Source: Bigelowiella natans CCMP2755 (taxonomy: Eukaryota; Protista; Cercozoa). From it: a stretch of DNA of 64,000 bases. The stretch covers positions 62,001-126,000 of the forward strand of contig ADNK01000140.1 of assembly GCA_000320545.1 (NCBI GenBank). Reading direction: 5' to 3'. Positions 20,666 to 34,388 of this stretch are shown piece by piece. The translations under genes were made by a program, and so were the position numbers. Numbering within the stretch: position 1 is the stretch's first letter; every line of letters starts with the position of its first letter. Under the pieces are notes generated by a model. The model was not told the DNA's origin and did no database searches. It saw only the letters and a program-made list of their open reading frames with translations.

Positions 20666-22750
20666 AGTTCATTAACAAGTGTTCTTAAGTGCTACTAATA
20701 CTTCAGTTCATCAACAAGTGTTCTGAAGTGTTAGTTTTTCCTATATTCTGTCTAATGAGCAGCATTTTATCACATTATATACCAATGTAGCAGCAGTTTC
20801 TTTGAATTTGGATTTTTTATCTCTAATGCTGGCAGCAGATTCACCTAATTGGGATTATTGATGATATGTCGAAGGTTTTTGTGCTTTTTCTTTGCAAAAG
20901 GAATGTGCAAGGTGACACTACCAGCATTTGCTTCGATGTGATGTGATGTGTGTGTGTGTGTGTGTGTGTGTCCACTGGTTGCTTCTTCTCCTGACAAATT
21001 CTAGTATTCTTATCACCAAAAGGAGAATGGTATTTTGAAAATACTTTCATATTTCTCAGGAAGGTGAAGGTTGTCGTTACTTTCATAGAGTACCGACAGA
21101 ATATGATGAGGTAGTAACAGCAGTTATTCATGACGATGCTCTTCTCACAAATCTCTTCTTTTCGTAACATCAGTAGCAGTACTACTGCTCTTTTGTCACT
21201 ACACATAGCGTCCGCTGATTAATTGTTTTTGATTCCTCCTTCTTTTTATTCCAGTATCATTGTCCTACGACACATAATATCTTCGGGTATCTCAGAGATG
21301 CATACAGAAAGAATTTGAAGGTACTACCTAAGCTTATGCTAATAACAATGAAAATATGGGAGGAACGTGGTGACAAATACTACAAGTTGTTTGTTTGCCA
21401 GTGTTCTAGTTTGCATCATCATGAATAAGAATGGACGACTTCGTCTACGCATAAGTCAATAACAACTTGTTGCTGCTCTCGTGGTGATTGTTCCAGGGAA
21501 GAGGCTCCATACTAAGAGAGGACGGACAGAAAACTCTAATGGTGATATAAGTCACCCAGAGGATGATGATGATGATGATGATGGATGGATGGTGTATGAT
21601 AACAACGGTTATGGCGATATCTTAGGTGGAATTTAAAGCAGCTGCGACCTTGTACAACTTGGATCAGCTGAAAACGTACCTATCACGATGATATGCTTAG
21701 CACAACACTCATTCAGGAGGAGAATAAGTATAACTACGGCAACAGAGGAGAGGGGGAATATCCAGCTGGATACATGCGGCGTTGTTGGCGGTGATCTTAT
21801 TTGTATTAATTGCACTCTTCTTCTTCCTCCTCCTCCCTCCCCCCCCCTCACTACTAAGGTTGCTACATGATGGGTTCTCTGAGTGGGGGCCAGTTCGGAA
21901 GATTCTTGTCATTCCACAAGATGGTAGTAACCGATTATCTTCTTCTGTGCTGTGCTGTGCTGTGCTGTGCTGTGCTGTTCGTCATTACGACTTGTGTTTT
22001 TTCTTTCTTATCTTTTTTTTTTTTTTTTAATTTTGTGCTTTTCTATTGTTTTTATTGCTGATGACCGAAGATCGAGCCGTTATTCTTCTTCCTCTTCTTC
22101 TTCTTCCTGTTCTTCTTCTCTTCTTCGATTTGATCGCTATTTTCTTCAGGTGTGGCTTACATTGAGTATTTCTGGCGAACCTCTGCTGAGTTTGCAAAGG
22201 ATGCTATGCGGTGCGATTGTAGCTGTTTTCTTTGATAAACTACTATTATGGAAGAAGAAGAAGAAGAAGAGTTTCGCTCGACCCTTCGCTCTTTTCTGTC
22301 CTTAAGCTATCTATTCTACGGAGAGAGGAATGGGAGTTGGACTTCCATTTGTTCTCATCCTTACTGCTGCATTGTTCAGATATCAATATCTCAATCCTGC
22401 GGATCCTGTGAAAGATGGGGTTAGCTCGTTTTGTTGTGACATCCTACACGTTATCATCAGCATCTACATTATATCCTGATGATGATCACGATGAAATTGC
22501 CTATATTCTCTCTCCTATTGCCTTCTTCTCTCAAATCTAACAAATCAATAACTGCACAAGATTATGCAAGTAACGTGGAAAGCGGAAGAAATCAGCGACA
22601 AGTAATAGTTTGAAATGCTGGATGAGCATGATGATGATGATGACGACGATCATATGGCTGGTGTCGCGCTGTTTTTCGATCAACTACTACTTTCAAATGC
22701 GGAATTTCTTCTCTGGTGGCCATTGTGACGCATATCTTCACCTTCCGCAC

Positions 22751-22786
<36 letters not shown>

Positions 22787-23565
22787 TAATGTCAAACGTG
22801 TGCAACCGCTCTCCTTTCACTACTACTTTTAGAGCTTCTGCAGAGAGGAAAAATCAAACAGAGGAGATTTATGCTGCAACATCCACCAAAGCAATGACCG
22901 AGGTAGGTGTATCTCCATGTAACCAAATTCACCATCTGCCGTTGTCTTATTTTCAATTTGGTATTTTTTTTTTGAAGGAGGAGAGACTAATGGCGGAGGT
23001 GTATGATTACAATGTCTATCCCGACACTGAGTCGAGATATCTCCGTAACGATGATGGCAACGATGATGATGATTCAAGGTGAGACATACCCCTTACGCTA
23101 AGAGCAGAGATTAGCTAGCACCTCGTAGTAGCAACTCATCGGTTCAGAGAGAGAAAGAGTAAATGATAAGGAGGAGAAGGAAGGATGAGAGGAGGGGGAG
23201 AAAAAGCTATGATTGTTGTACTGATAATTCATTTCGATCATCGTGGCCTGGTTTTGCTATTATTTAGAAAGCTAAAGTCTGGCGAGGGCTCCGCTGCTCT
23301 CAGGGGGAATAATGACGATGATGAAGACACTGTAATATATTATCTGTAAAAGGATGCTGAAACGCATCCATCCTGGACATAAATAAAATATATGAAAACA
23401 CAAATATCATTCCACTCGACTGATTACGCATAATGGGAAGGAGGATATTGGCAACGGGATGGTTCGAATTAAGCAATTTGGGCAGCACCTGGAGGACGAT
23501 GAGGGACAATTCACAAAGACAGAGGTGCTTGTGAGGATTGAAAGAACTACCCAACAAACATTCAA

Positions 23566-23597
<32 letters not shown>

Positions 23598-23832
23598 CGG
23601 TGATGACATATAAGATGAAAATTATGTACAATCAATCGATTGATCGCCATGTTTATCATAATTTTCACTCGATGATCAACGAGCAGCTAGGCATGGTTAA
23701 TGCGGACCTATTTCAAGTGCTGAAGGATGAGTGAGTAGATCGTTAACATAGGGATAGCAGTGTAGCGTACATAAGGATGAGGGGAGGGGAAGGAAGTGGT
23801 ATGCACCACACATAGAGAAGAGTGCACACACA

Positions 23833-23871
<39 letters not shown>

Positions 23872-25078
23872 ACACACCAAAACACGGATCTGAATCTGGT
23901 CCACGTACTACTTGTAATTAACTACATTTTCTCTTTCTTAAACTTATTTATCTACATCTAATAATGTTACTACTAACTACTACCGTATCGTTTCTAATTC
24001 AGCTTTGAAGTGATCGATGAAGAGAACAGGAAAAAGGTAATCTTCCTCGAACATTCCAACAAATATCTCCACGAATATTGTTTATGGCTCTTGCTCTATT
24101 ATAGTGAGGCTGTACTGCTGGATATATTTCTGTCTGCACTTCTCTCTAACCTCTTTGTTCGCTCTGAAATTGTCGTATTTAGCAACGATGATTAGTATCG
24201 AAATGGTGTTGGTTTGCTTTCGTCTGTTTTCGTCACAAGGCTGCTGGACAAATGGGGTCATTGCGTGAGAATGATATCCATGGAATGGTGAACTACAAAG
24301 AGAATATAGTCACACATCGATCGGTAATTGTGGTGATTGCAAAGCACTAGTAAAGTCGCTAGTAGTTTGTATGTTACTGATGATGGTTTTGTTTATTATA
24401 GGGAGTAAAGGACTGGGCTGCTGGTCGCGAAGGGGATGCTTTAGTATGTTTCTCACTGACGATCACAAGGACGACTACAAAACCCAATTCCATTTTTAAT
24501 GTGCTCCTTTGTTCTTTTCTCCAAATAAGCTAAGTCCACTTGAATATTTTCCCGTTTTATTTGTTTTAAATTATTAAGGTTCTTCGCAATCCTCTTACCG
24601 ACGGCAGCAGCAATTCTCAGGACAAGCGTCTACGTACAAATAACTTGAGAGACGTTCACGCTGGTTTTCAATCGGTAGGAACTTAGTGCAGAGCATTGTA
24701 TGTAGGGGGGAGGGTGGGGAGCTTATAAATGTCATTCACGTGTGCTGGTTTGTTGTATTTGTTGCGGAACATCAGCAGAACGTAAGATTACCTTCAGAAC
24801 ACATCGACTCCAGTACGAAGAGGAGAAAGAAAAAAAAGATGGTAACAATATCAGATAAAGGCAACTCTCTCAGCAGGCTATCTTCAAGAAAAGTAGTGCA
24901 TACCACAAGGGGAGGAAAAGACTCAGATGTTGCTTCTTCTCTAAATAAAGACAAAAATAAAAATGATCGATCTGGACAGACTACAGCTGATGGTGACGTC
25001 TCTATTTCCTCAAATCAATCTAAGCAACGCCCACCCGGGATGTTTCGAAGGCGTCCTGCAGGTTGGAAACCAAGCTAG
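19650..25078 (+). CDS. One or more multi-exon genes of unknown function, possibly with an N-terminal membrane anchor
   Basis: Plus-strand exons with donors at ~19879, ~20588, ~21321, ~22903, ~23080 and ~24037; N-terminal hydrophobic segment FYSAVVAILFCLL; terminal exon ends FRRRPAGWKPS* at 25078. No family recognised. Confidence 0.3.
20661..20734 (+). repeat. 39-bp tandem duplication after a (CTA)n tract
   Basis: acttcagttcat(t/c)aacaagtgttct(t/g)aagtg occurs twice. Confidence 0.75.
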
Positions 25079-25345
25079 TAAATTCGTAAAATTATTACCT
25101 CGATCGTCATTCTTGGCTAGCTACACATTACACACTAACAATTAGAGGATTGAGTGATGTGAATCCTGGGATGAGGAGAATTGCACCATGTTGGCAATCA
25201 TAGCACGCTAGCACGTTGCAATTGCCCCGCTTTGATGCACAGTTTTGCGTGAGCTGCTGCGCTGACAAAGATAAGGATCATTGGTTCAGCGTGGATGTGC
25301 TTCTAATTGCATGACACAGTCCCTGCGTGTGCGACAGCCGCGCTA

Positions 25346-26169
25346 CGTCACACAAGAAGCACCGTCGCTGGTGGACGCGATGCACAGCAGCAGCACAGCA
25401 CTTCATGCACACTGGACGTTGCAGCCTAGAAGATGGCTAGATGGACAACTTGCATGCATCACAAGAGCTGCTAGCTGCATTCTGGCATTGCTGCACTTCT
25501 GGGCGCTCCGATTCAGCTTGCTCTCAGTGCAATGTTGGCACACATGCAACGTTCTAGCGTTGTTGCGATGGAACCAGAACTGGAAACAGAGCAAAGTGCG
25601 CGCACTCACCCAAGCTCACACTGTGCTGGAGTGTCACCCACGCGCCGCGACGCCAGCTTGGGCACTTCTGGACTTGCCAACTTGGTGGCCACAACAATGC
25701 CAGAACGACCATCACTCACAGTGCACGCTGCTAGGCTGGTCGTTCGATCAAGGACGAATCGAAACGCACAGCACAGCTGCCTTGCTGGCTTGCACACGAT
25801 CCAAGCGAACGACGCCAACAAGCTGGGCAAACCCGCGCTAGCGCGTCGAAACGAGTGAACGATGAACACGACAAAGTGTTTCCAATTGTGCGTTGAGTGA
25901 ACGAATCAACAAAGTGTTTTCAATGGCCCCTCTCGCAGCTGAGAGAGTCACCATGAGCAGTGGTGCGGCTGAGCTCCAGAGCTGTCACCAGGACACTCTG
26001 GCACTGGAGACAGCTCTGGAGCTGCTTGACGCCAGAACATCGAACTCCGCACTGTTGCAAAAACTTCGCACTCATTGATCAAAAAAGGAACAAGAAGAAG
26101 AAGAAGAAGAAAATTTGTTTCAAGCAAGCACGAATTCGGCATCACTGAAATGAATGAAGCAGCGATCCT
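25346..26169. other. TpA-depleted island B
   Basis: 824 bp containing six TA (25427, 25438, 25472, 25555, 25732, 25839), all in CTAG. Confidence 0.85.
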
Positions 26170-26416
26170 TACTCATGGGCACCGTAGCGCAGGCTCTCGT
26201 GTCGCATGGCAAAATCAACCTACATTTTTTTCCTAATGCAAACCATGAACTGATCAGCAGGAAATCTCTCCTACACTACCAATCGTGCAACAACACTCGA
26301 CAACAATCTTACAACAACAACAACAATCATCCAACTTACGACAACAATATTCGACGACACAACAAAGACGAGGAGGAGGATCCAGAGAATTGATCATTCG
26401 ATCATTGTTCGCCATC

Positions 26417-27199
26417 ATGTCAGCAGACGAGACCAAGAAAAACAAGCAGCAGCCCTCGTCCGATCAACTCCAGAAAGTGATCAGTGAACAAACTAGCGTG
26501 GGGCAAAAGGTGGAAAACAATGCATTTCTGAAGCAAACCAAGGAGGACATTAAGCTCTACCAGTATTGGTACTCGAAAGCAACAATTGATGCCATCGTTG
26601 AGGAATGCAATGATAGCGCAAAAAGAGTAGCCTTTCTGTCAACCCCAAGCCTATATTTTTCGCTCGGAGATTCCCCTCTAGCTAGGACCAGTCGGTTGTT
26701 CGACTTTGACAAGAAATTCGATACAGCACCTGGATTTGTTTTCTTCGATTATAAACACCCAGAGAATATTCCCAAGGAGTACCAGCATTATTTTGACTTC
26801 GTAGTGATAGATCCGCCTTCTGTACGAGATGACGTCCTAGTTTTGTATGCCAAAGCTGCACGAATACTTCTTCACGAAAGTCGCCCGGTCCCAAAATGTG
26901 GAGTATTTTGCTGTTCTCGAAGAGAGACATCATCTCAGACAAGAAAAGAAACCGTTAAAAGGAGAATCCTGATAACCTCTCTCGCAGGGGGAAAACACGC
27001 TAAACTTATGTACCGCCTATTCCGTGTCACTCCATGTGTATTTTTACCTACAATACCAAACTTGATCTATCAATATCACCTTTACGCAAACTATCAATCT
27101 GAGCGCCTCAGCAAGCCAAATCCAGATCAGCCAGAACCAGACCCAAAGAAGACTAGTGCCCGAAGCAGAATGAGTGATTTTGCGATGAATCTTTCTTAA
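26417..27199 (+). CDS. EEF1AKMT1: EEF1AKMT1/Efm5 (N6AMT2)-like protein-lysine methyltransferase, single exon
   Basis: LYQYWYSKATI, VAFLSTPSLY, LFDFDKKF, FVFFDYKHP, FDFVVIDPP match the family; first ATG is at 26417. Confidence 0.85.
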   Translation: MSADETKKNKQQPSSDQLQKVISEQTSVGQKVENNAFLKQTKEDIKLYQYWYSKATIDAIVEECNDSAKRVAFLSTPSLYFSLGDSPLARTSRLFDFDKKFDTAPGFVFFDYKHPENIPKEYQHYFDFVVIDPPSVRDDVLVLYAKAARILLHESRPVPKCGVFCCSRRETSSQTRKETVKRRILITSLAGGKHAKLMYRLFRVTPCVFLPTIPNLIYQYHLYANYQSERLSKPNPDQPEPDPKKTSARSRMSDFAMNLS

Positions 27200-27989
27200 A
27201 GAAAATAGGGATACTACCTATTCAATTGATCGATTTAACATGAAGCTGTATCTCTCCTGCTGTAATCATGCCTTTTCTTTCTATGTTTGGTCCGCGTATG
27301 TAGAGTGTGTGGGAACATTCTGCTCACGACTGGCCATGCTACGTGCCTCATGTGGGTATAGTATCGTCTAGAGTTTGTGATCATATGCATGTACGTACGA
27401 CAATCATTGTGTCCATTGTGCGCACATAGCATAATGTCTATGTAACCAGATATGCGACGACAATTGCATGCTGTGATCGAATACGCAAGCACCTCAAATG
27501 CGGGCGCGTGACATATTTGCACGCATGGAAAATAAAATTGTAGCGTATGCAGTCTATAGCAGCAGCAGCATGTAATATATGTATACATTGGGTTTATCAC
27601 ATATCAGATATACAAGTACATAATTTTCCTCCATGTCACTTATCTAGCTTATGTGCAGCGCGTATGCACACGATTATAGTCGGCGATGCCCGATCTGCTA
27701 GACACTACTGTATGTGGTTCATGTGCATGCTATACTAGTATAGATGTGATGCCTGTCATTGCATGCGGCGTACTCTAGTACTAAAAATTTTAGACGTGCA
27801 TGCGCACAGATATCAAGGCGGGATGTAGATATTAAGATAGCATAAACAGGATACGTATGTGTACGTGTGTGTTCGACCGAGCTATCATATGCATGCCGCC
27901 AGAATTGTGTGCAAGTATGTTGTACTAGGTATATGATCATTTGAATTCCATCCACCAAACACTCTGAGGACAAGAACCACTTTTTAATT

Positions 27990-29787
27990 CTAACCCTTGA
28001 ACATGGTTCCAAATTCCTGAAAAGAATAAATACAAAATTTATTTTATCATTGCAAGTAACCAACCGATAGAAAATGGGATGTTAACTGCAACTGTGTCCT
28101 CTAATGTAAACGAAGTCAACAAGAAAGCATCATTATTAGGATCTCTGGACCTCGAAACTAATCATTCCATCGCCGTCTTTATCATGAATCTAATACCAAT
28201 TAAAGGACTCATAAGTAACAAGATTCAGCGGTAGTATTTTACTCATACTAATCTTCCAAGATGTGGATAAATATATTAGTGGTGGGTTGTTTGATATACT
28301 GAGATGATGGATTTGATCTCCTCGTCGGCAATTTTTTCTCCTAAGCTGGTCATCAAAGCTTTGAGCTCGTCTGGAGAAATTTTCCTAATGGCGAAAGGCA
28401 TTGGGAAACGCAGGAGACTCCTCAGCTTCGTTTAATGGTTATGAATCGCAGGGTAGACATGCGTGATATGAGTTGAGTAAACGATATGTGGAACATAGAT
28501 GTTTGCGCGCGAAAATTTGATGTACCAAAGTATTGCAGTACATTATGAATCTTTTAGCAATCAAAGAGTAGTGGTATTTTTACTCACTCAGTTGTTATTC
28601 TACTTGTGATTATCATGTTCATCATTCAAGATCATACTCATACCCATCCTTGTCCTTATCGAAAATGGAAAAAGCGATTTTCATCTCATCACCAACAGAG
28701 CCGTTCTGAATGATTTGGCCGTAAATATATTACAACTTGGGTGGCTCATCTTGAATTTCAAGGTATATGATCATAAAGCCAGTACTCAATTGGTAATTTA
28801 TCATATCAATATCTCTGTCTTATCGTTTGAATCATATCTAGCGCATTATTAGAGTCAAGATAAAGCAGTGTTTCCATTGTTATTGGTGAAAGGTTAATAA
28901 TAAACCAAATACAAAAGTTGCCTCACCCCGATATCCATCATTTTTAGAAAATCTGAGAAGTCAATATCACCAGATTCATGTTGATCTACCTGATGATTTG
29001 GGAAAGAAAAGTTTAATTGCATGGTTTCAGAGACAGTATAATGAGCACTTCGTTCAACACATATCAAGAATGAGCATAATTCTAAGTATGATGATATTCT
29101 TCTTCAGTACATATCAGCTAGGTTGCTGTCTAGAGTCCTTCACAACATTCCATTAACATCAAATATAATACCAAACAACGACTCAAGTTGACTAATGCTC
29201 CCACCTCTTTTATCATCCCCTTACAGTCATCAATCGAGCACTTTTCCCCAAGCTGGTCCATAACAATTCCCAACTTTTAGGATTAAAGATTAATCAGAAC
29301 AAGATGTAGAAACCAAGGCACACAATGTGCTCTAAACAATTAACAACCTGCTAAACCCCTCTCTTCTTTCCTCCATATACCTCTTTTGGTGTGATAGCTC
29401 CATCTCCGTTCTTGTCGAAGAGCGAGAAAGCTTCTTTAAATTCGGATACCTGTGGTCAGTATAAATTTAGAGAATGCTTCATTGCACCAAACGGAATAGA
29501 ATGTGAGAGAAGCAACAAGTACAAGAGTAAATCCAGTGTGGGTGTATTCCAGATTCGATATTTATGTGTATGTTCGCAGATGATTCACAAATTTCCACGT
29601 CAAAATCTCATATTGGGAAAATAATACGTGGACTAAGCTATATAAAATTATTCTGGTGACAACAATCTGTGTAGCCACAGTGTTGTAGATAGAAAAGAAT
29701 GAATATCAAACTGTAATTACAATTACAATTACACCCCTTATCCATGTGCTTTAAGACCTGGTCCGGTGAGAGTTTCGTTTCAGCCAT
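27990..29787 (-). CDS. Calmodulin-like protein with four EF-hands, spliced
   Basis: [10 protein letters not shown]|[23 protein letters not shown]|[11 protein letters not shown]...[18 protein letters not shown]...[15 protein letters not shown]|[27 protein letters not shown]|..[11 protein letters not shown]|EFGTMFKG*. Too divergent for canonical calmodulin. Confidence 0.9.
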
Positions 29788-29855
29788 GGAATTGGGAGGG
29801 AGCTAGATTTTGTGGGAACTAATTGTGATATCAAAATAAACACCAAATTATGACT

Positions 29856-29857
<2 letters not shown>

Positions 29858-29931
<74 letters not shown>
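29858..29931. repeat. (TC)n microsatellite upstream of the calmodulin-like gene
   Basis: About 36 TC units. Confidence 0.9.
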
Positions 29932-29937
<6 letters not shown>

Positions 29938-30099
29938 CTTTCACACCATCACCTACATGTAATACATACTAGTTGTGATATCTCGTCCTAGTTAAGCACG
30001 TAAATTGTGTTAAACGGGTGCTTTATACATACATCAATTCAATCCTGCTTTCAACGTTACAAGGGAGCTGGTCCCACACACGGGTGGAATCTAAGAGTC

Positions 30100-32451
30100 T
30101 TACTCAAATGATGCTTCTTCTACCTTCTCTATTCTTGTGCAGTCGGCAAGGGGCTCTCGATATCTTTTAACACTACACAAACAAGTTTGTCCTGCTCTCC
30201 TTTTGTCCTTCGACAACTGTTCGATGATGACTCTGGAAATGAGTACGGACGACATGAAAGAACGCATGTCGTAGGATTAAATGGGCTTATGTTTTGAGCA
30301 TAAGGTACTCTTTTCATGTCGCAAGGAAAAAATCAAGGATATTTTCCCCTTGTTTGATTTAAATATTTTTGTCAAACGTCGACAGGCCGAAAGCACGGGT
30401 GGATCCATTGCACGAACCCTACTTTCCATCCTCCCCCATTCCTCCCTCATCATCCTAGCCTCTCCTCGAAAGGTAACTTGCGTCAGGAAAGAGAACGTTA
30501 CTAGGAGGATTATCTAATCAATTCGAGAGGCACGTGAGCACCATCTATCATCGTGGCAAGTGCACCATGACTTCGATGAAGACGAGGACAACGGCGACTT
30601 TGATGACTGTAGCAATTATCATCAATATGCCCACGTCGACCACTTCTTCCTCATCAATGGTGAGAATCTCTTCTTACGCCAACACTCGAAGTCGCCCTTT
30701 GTTCCTTCCTCGGTCTCCGTCGCAGTCATTGGCTATTAAAGCAGCCTCTAATCATATAGTTGAGAACAAACACAAAGGCGGCAGCTCACCGTCTTCACCA
30801 TCATTATCATCATTATTGTCATCGCTTAAACACGATGGAATAAGCCAACCGAATGGACTCAAAGGCTGGAGGCGTCGGTGCGCAAATACATACATTCAAG
30901 CAAAACAACACAAATGATAAGGCATACTCACTTACTGTTTGTCATTCAGAGAGTTGGTTGGGACAGTACAGAAAACCGTTGCAACTGCTTTAATAATCGG
31001 ACTTCTGACCAATCCTGCTGCTTCTACTGCAAAGGTAAAAGTTGTACTTACTCTAAGGCTGAATACAATCAAAAAGATATATATCTTCCTAATTGACGGC
31101 TCGTCTCGAAAATGGTTGATTTCTATCTTCTCAAGGTTGTCTACGGGGAAGATATCACATTGCCAAACTTGGATCGAGACTTCGGGCCTGATGAAACTGT
31201 GCAAGTGATTAGAAACCCAACAAATAATAAGGATGCCGGCTTGCTACCAATCTGTGTTCATTCTTTTCTCTAACTATGCTATTTTACATAACTAACCACT
31301 ATTTACTAGACTTATAGAAAATACTTGCACTCTTCAAACACAGGCTGATCTCGCTTGGCAAGAATTTCGTGCAAAGAAAAAGTACGAACGATGGTTACGG
31401 TTGTCGTTGTCGTTTTAGTTGTTGTGGTTATTATTGTTTTAGCCGCGGTTCTTAGTAGGATAGGATTCGCGGGTTGTTTTTAAAAGCTTACCGTTGGTTG
31501 ATTTGTATTGCCCTTGTGTTCATCTTGTATCGAATTCCTTCATGTATGCCTTAGGTCTGGACTTGCAACTGCTCCACCCTCGAAAGCCTCGTTATCACCA
31601 TCACGGTATTTAGCGATTATATATACTCTCAAAGATCAGTCCTTCGATGATTTAAAGAATTTCTTCCGACGAGCCGTTCTCAAAGACACGGTATTATAAG
31701 TGCTGTCATCCTATTTGTGCTTTGACTGGAAATGTCGCCTTATGGCTTGTCCTTTCACCATCTTAGGTGTCGCAGATGCAGGCAGAGTTTCGACGCATGG
31801 TAGTCACTTTAACACAGGAAGAATGAAACAACAACAACAACACCCCATGCTTCTGGCGAGCCGTTTTTCCATTAGTTCCTCCATCTTGTAGGGTTAGGGT
31901 TTTAGATGTATTGAGAAATATCACATGCATTTTACTTATGAGATGATGTGGTTATCCGTGCGCAGGACGTCTCCCTGGTCCAAGATGGTCTGTGTTAATG
32001 CTTTTGATATAGTTTGTACTTACATCAATTATTTGTTTGTTCTTTTGTCGTACACCTACCAACTGAAGCTCTAATTACGGACACATGATATTATGTCCTA
32101 CAACTACTTTTTAACTATGATTACTGCTACTTATGCTATTGATAACGAGCAGGATTCGATGAAATGCGACAATCCATGTAAGAGAATGAATACTAATTCT
32201 AGCTTCCCTCAAATTATATTGAACAACCTTTGAGGGGGGAGAGGGGGGGAGGGGCAGAAAGAGAGACAAAGATGTTAAGAGAGAAAGAACAGTAGAAACA
32301 CCATTTAGTGTAGGAATTACAGCAATTTCGACATAGTAGCTATCTCTGTTGTGAGATCATCATCCTCGGGTTGCATATGGTAGGTACTACTTGCCGTATG
32401 CAGTCGCACAAAAGAACTCCGCTCTGGGATACAATCTACAAGTGAGAAGCA

Positions 32452-32486
<35 letters not shown>

Positions 32487-33288
32487 ACTCTTCTAAGAAA
32501 GATCATCATCCATTATCCATATTAATCTGTGCACGATTGCGAAATATTTTTTTAACCATGTTGACTGCGGTTGTCTAAAAGTTTTCAATGGTGGTACGTG
32601 CTTTGATATTAACATTATAAGCATGTTTTGTTGCTATTGTTGGCATAGCGACGATACAATGTGGTTGAGGATGCATTGGAGATACTCGATAGAGACATAA
32701 ACTTTCTCTCGTAATATCCACTCACACTTTCTTCTAAATTTCCATAGACTTATATAAGAGAGGAGGAGATTCATATAACCAACACAAACAGTTTACGCGC
32801 AAAACAAACGCATAAAAAGCAGCATAGCATCAAGCCACTATTGGTAAGGTATTGGGGTTCATGTTAGTAGTTTTGAATATCCCATTTTATACGAAAGGTA
32901 TGGGCGGTCTGACATAACGAATGATGACCTAACGGCTCTCAAACAGTCTCTCAGTGTACTATTTATTCACAATGGCAAAACAGCACAAAAACATCTTCGA
33001 TGATTCTTTTTATGCAAAACGTATACGCATGACAAAAATAACAATAGATGTCCTTGGCACTTCCCCTCACAACCATCACTAAAATTTAGAAGATTTCAGA
33101 ATCCACTGCAAGTCTATACCACTATCATTGTTTTCCATAGTTTTGGCTGACGCTTTCTGTAAATGTTGGATTGTTGAAGCTAAATCTATAATCGCGTATT
33201 CATTAGGATCTTGAAAAGTCTGTTGATCAATTCACCGAGTATGCTACAAAAGTTGTATCTTCCTTATGATTGTTGTAAGTGGAGATGA
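30100..33288 (+). CDS. Multi-exon gene of unknown function, possibly organelle-targeted
   Basis: Plus exons VVYGEDITLPNLDRDFGPDETVQ, ADLAWQEFRAKK, DQSFDDLKNFFRRAVLKDT, VSQMQAEFRRM and DLEKSVDQFTE with GT donors; Ser/Thr-rich leader-like ORF at 30534-30917. Both ends uncertain. Confidence 0.3.
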
Positions 33289-33307
33289 TAGACATGCAAT
33301 ATGTAAA

Positions 33308-33340
<33 letters not shown>

Positions 33341-33710
33341 CATATTGCTGTGTCTATTATGGAGATTATAGTGATTATTCAAGTGTGATTGCGCGTAGGC
33401 TTTTCAGAGTTTGGGATGATCGATGCATCCCAAACTGAACCACTATGGCGGCTCATAGGCTCTATCTAGCTATACTACGCAGCATATGTTGCATGCATGT
33501 ACACATATGGACGGGCGCGCCTCGCGGTTGTAAGACACGTATATATTTATATATACTTAGTCTCTGACAGTTGCGCGACAGCATTGCAAGACTAGCTAGT
33601 TAGACATAGAAACACATGTAATACGCAACATGTGATAGATTCCTTGTCGTCCATGCATTCTGATATATATATTCTGATGCAGCGGCATTTCAGATCGTTT
33701 CATGTACGTC

Positions 33711-33830
33711 AAACTGTGTCTCATTGAAAAATTTTAATTTGTTCATTACACATCCGCGTCTCATATCTAGATATATGTGTAAGACGGGTGTAATTAATCA
33801 ATTAAATTTGTTCAATGGTCATTCTTATGT
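33711..33830. repeat. Degenerate palindrome made of two inverted copies of the ~42-bp repeat around ATATCTAGATAT
   Basis: The reverse complement of 33722-33761 aligns to 33782-33822; the centre 33763-33774 is a perfect palindrome. Confidence 0.65.
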
Positions 33831-34388
33831 AGCTGTGCGATGCACATCTAGACATGTGTGTCGCAGCGCCACACTGTAACAACACACAAGTGCACGTACC
33901 GAGTATAGCGCACACGTGAGAAAGGGGGTTCAAGCCAGGTGTTGCATTGTGTCGTTTATATCTGGCACGACACACGTGTGTGAAACGTCCCTGTAATTTC
34001 GCCTAGCTTGATACTGGGCGACAATACATGTATATGCATCAACTATGCATTTTGTGTAGCTAGCAGATCCCTTGTTAATTGCCTGTTCCTCCTGCATTGA
34101 TTACATAGCGCGTACCTGCTGTACATGCTCATGTCTAGATTTGCTGCTGCTTCGATATATGCAGCTTGCGCGTACGTAGTACCATTGTATGCACCGCACT
34201 GTACATCTAGACATCTAGCTAGATATATGGCAAGCGCTGTGTGCGCATTCTAAAATAATGTGACACAGTAAACACACAGTATTGGTAATGAGCTGTCAAA
34301 TCGTTACTGAATTCTTGGAACATATTTGACATGCCATACATCTGCAATTTCCCACTTCATGGAGGAAGTGGCTGCGATTTATTTCTTC

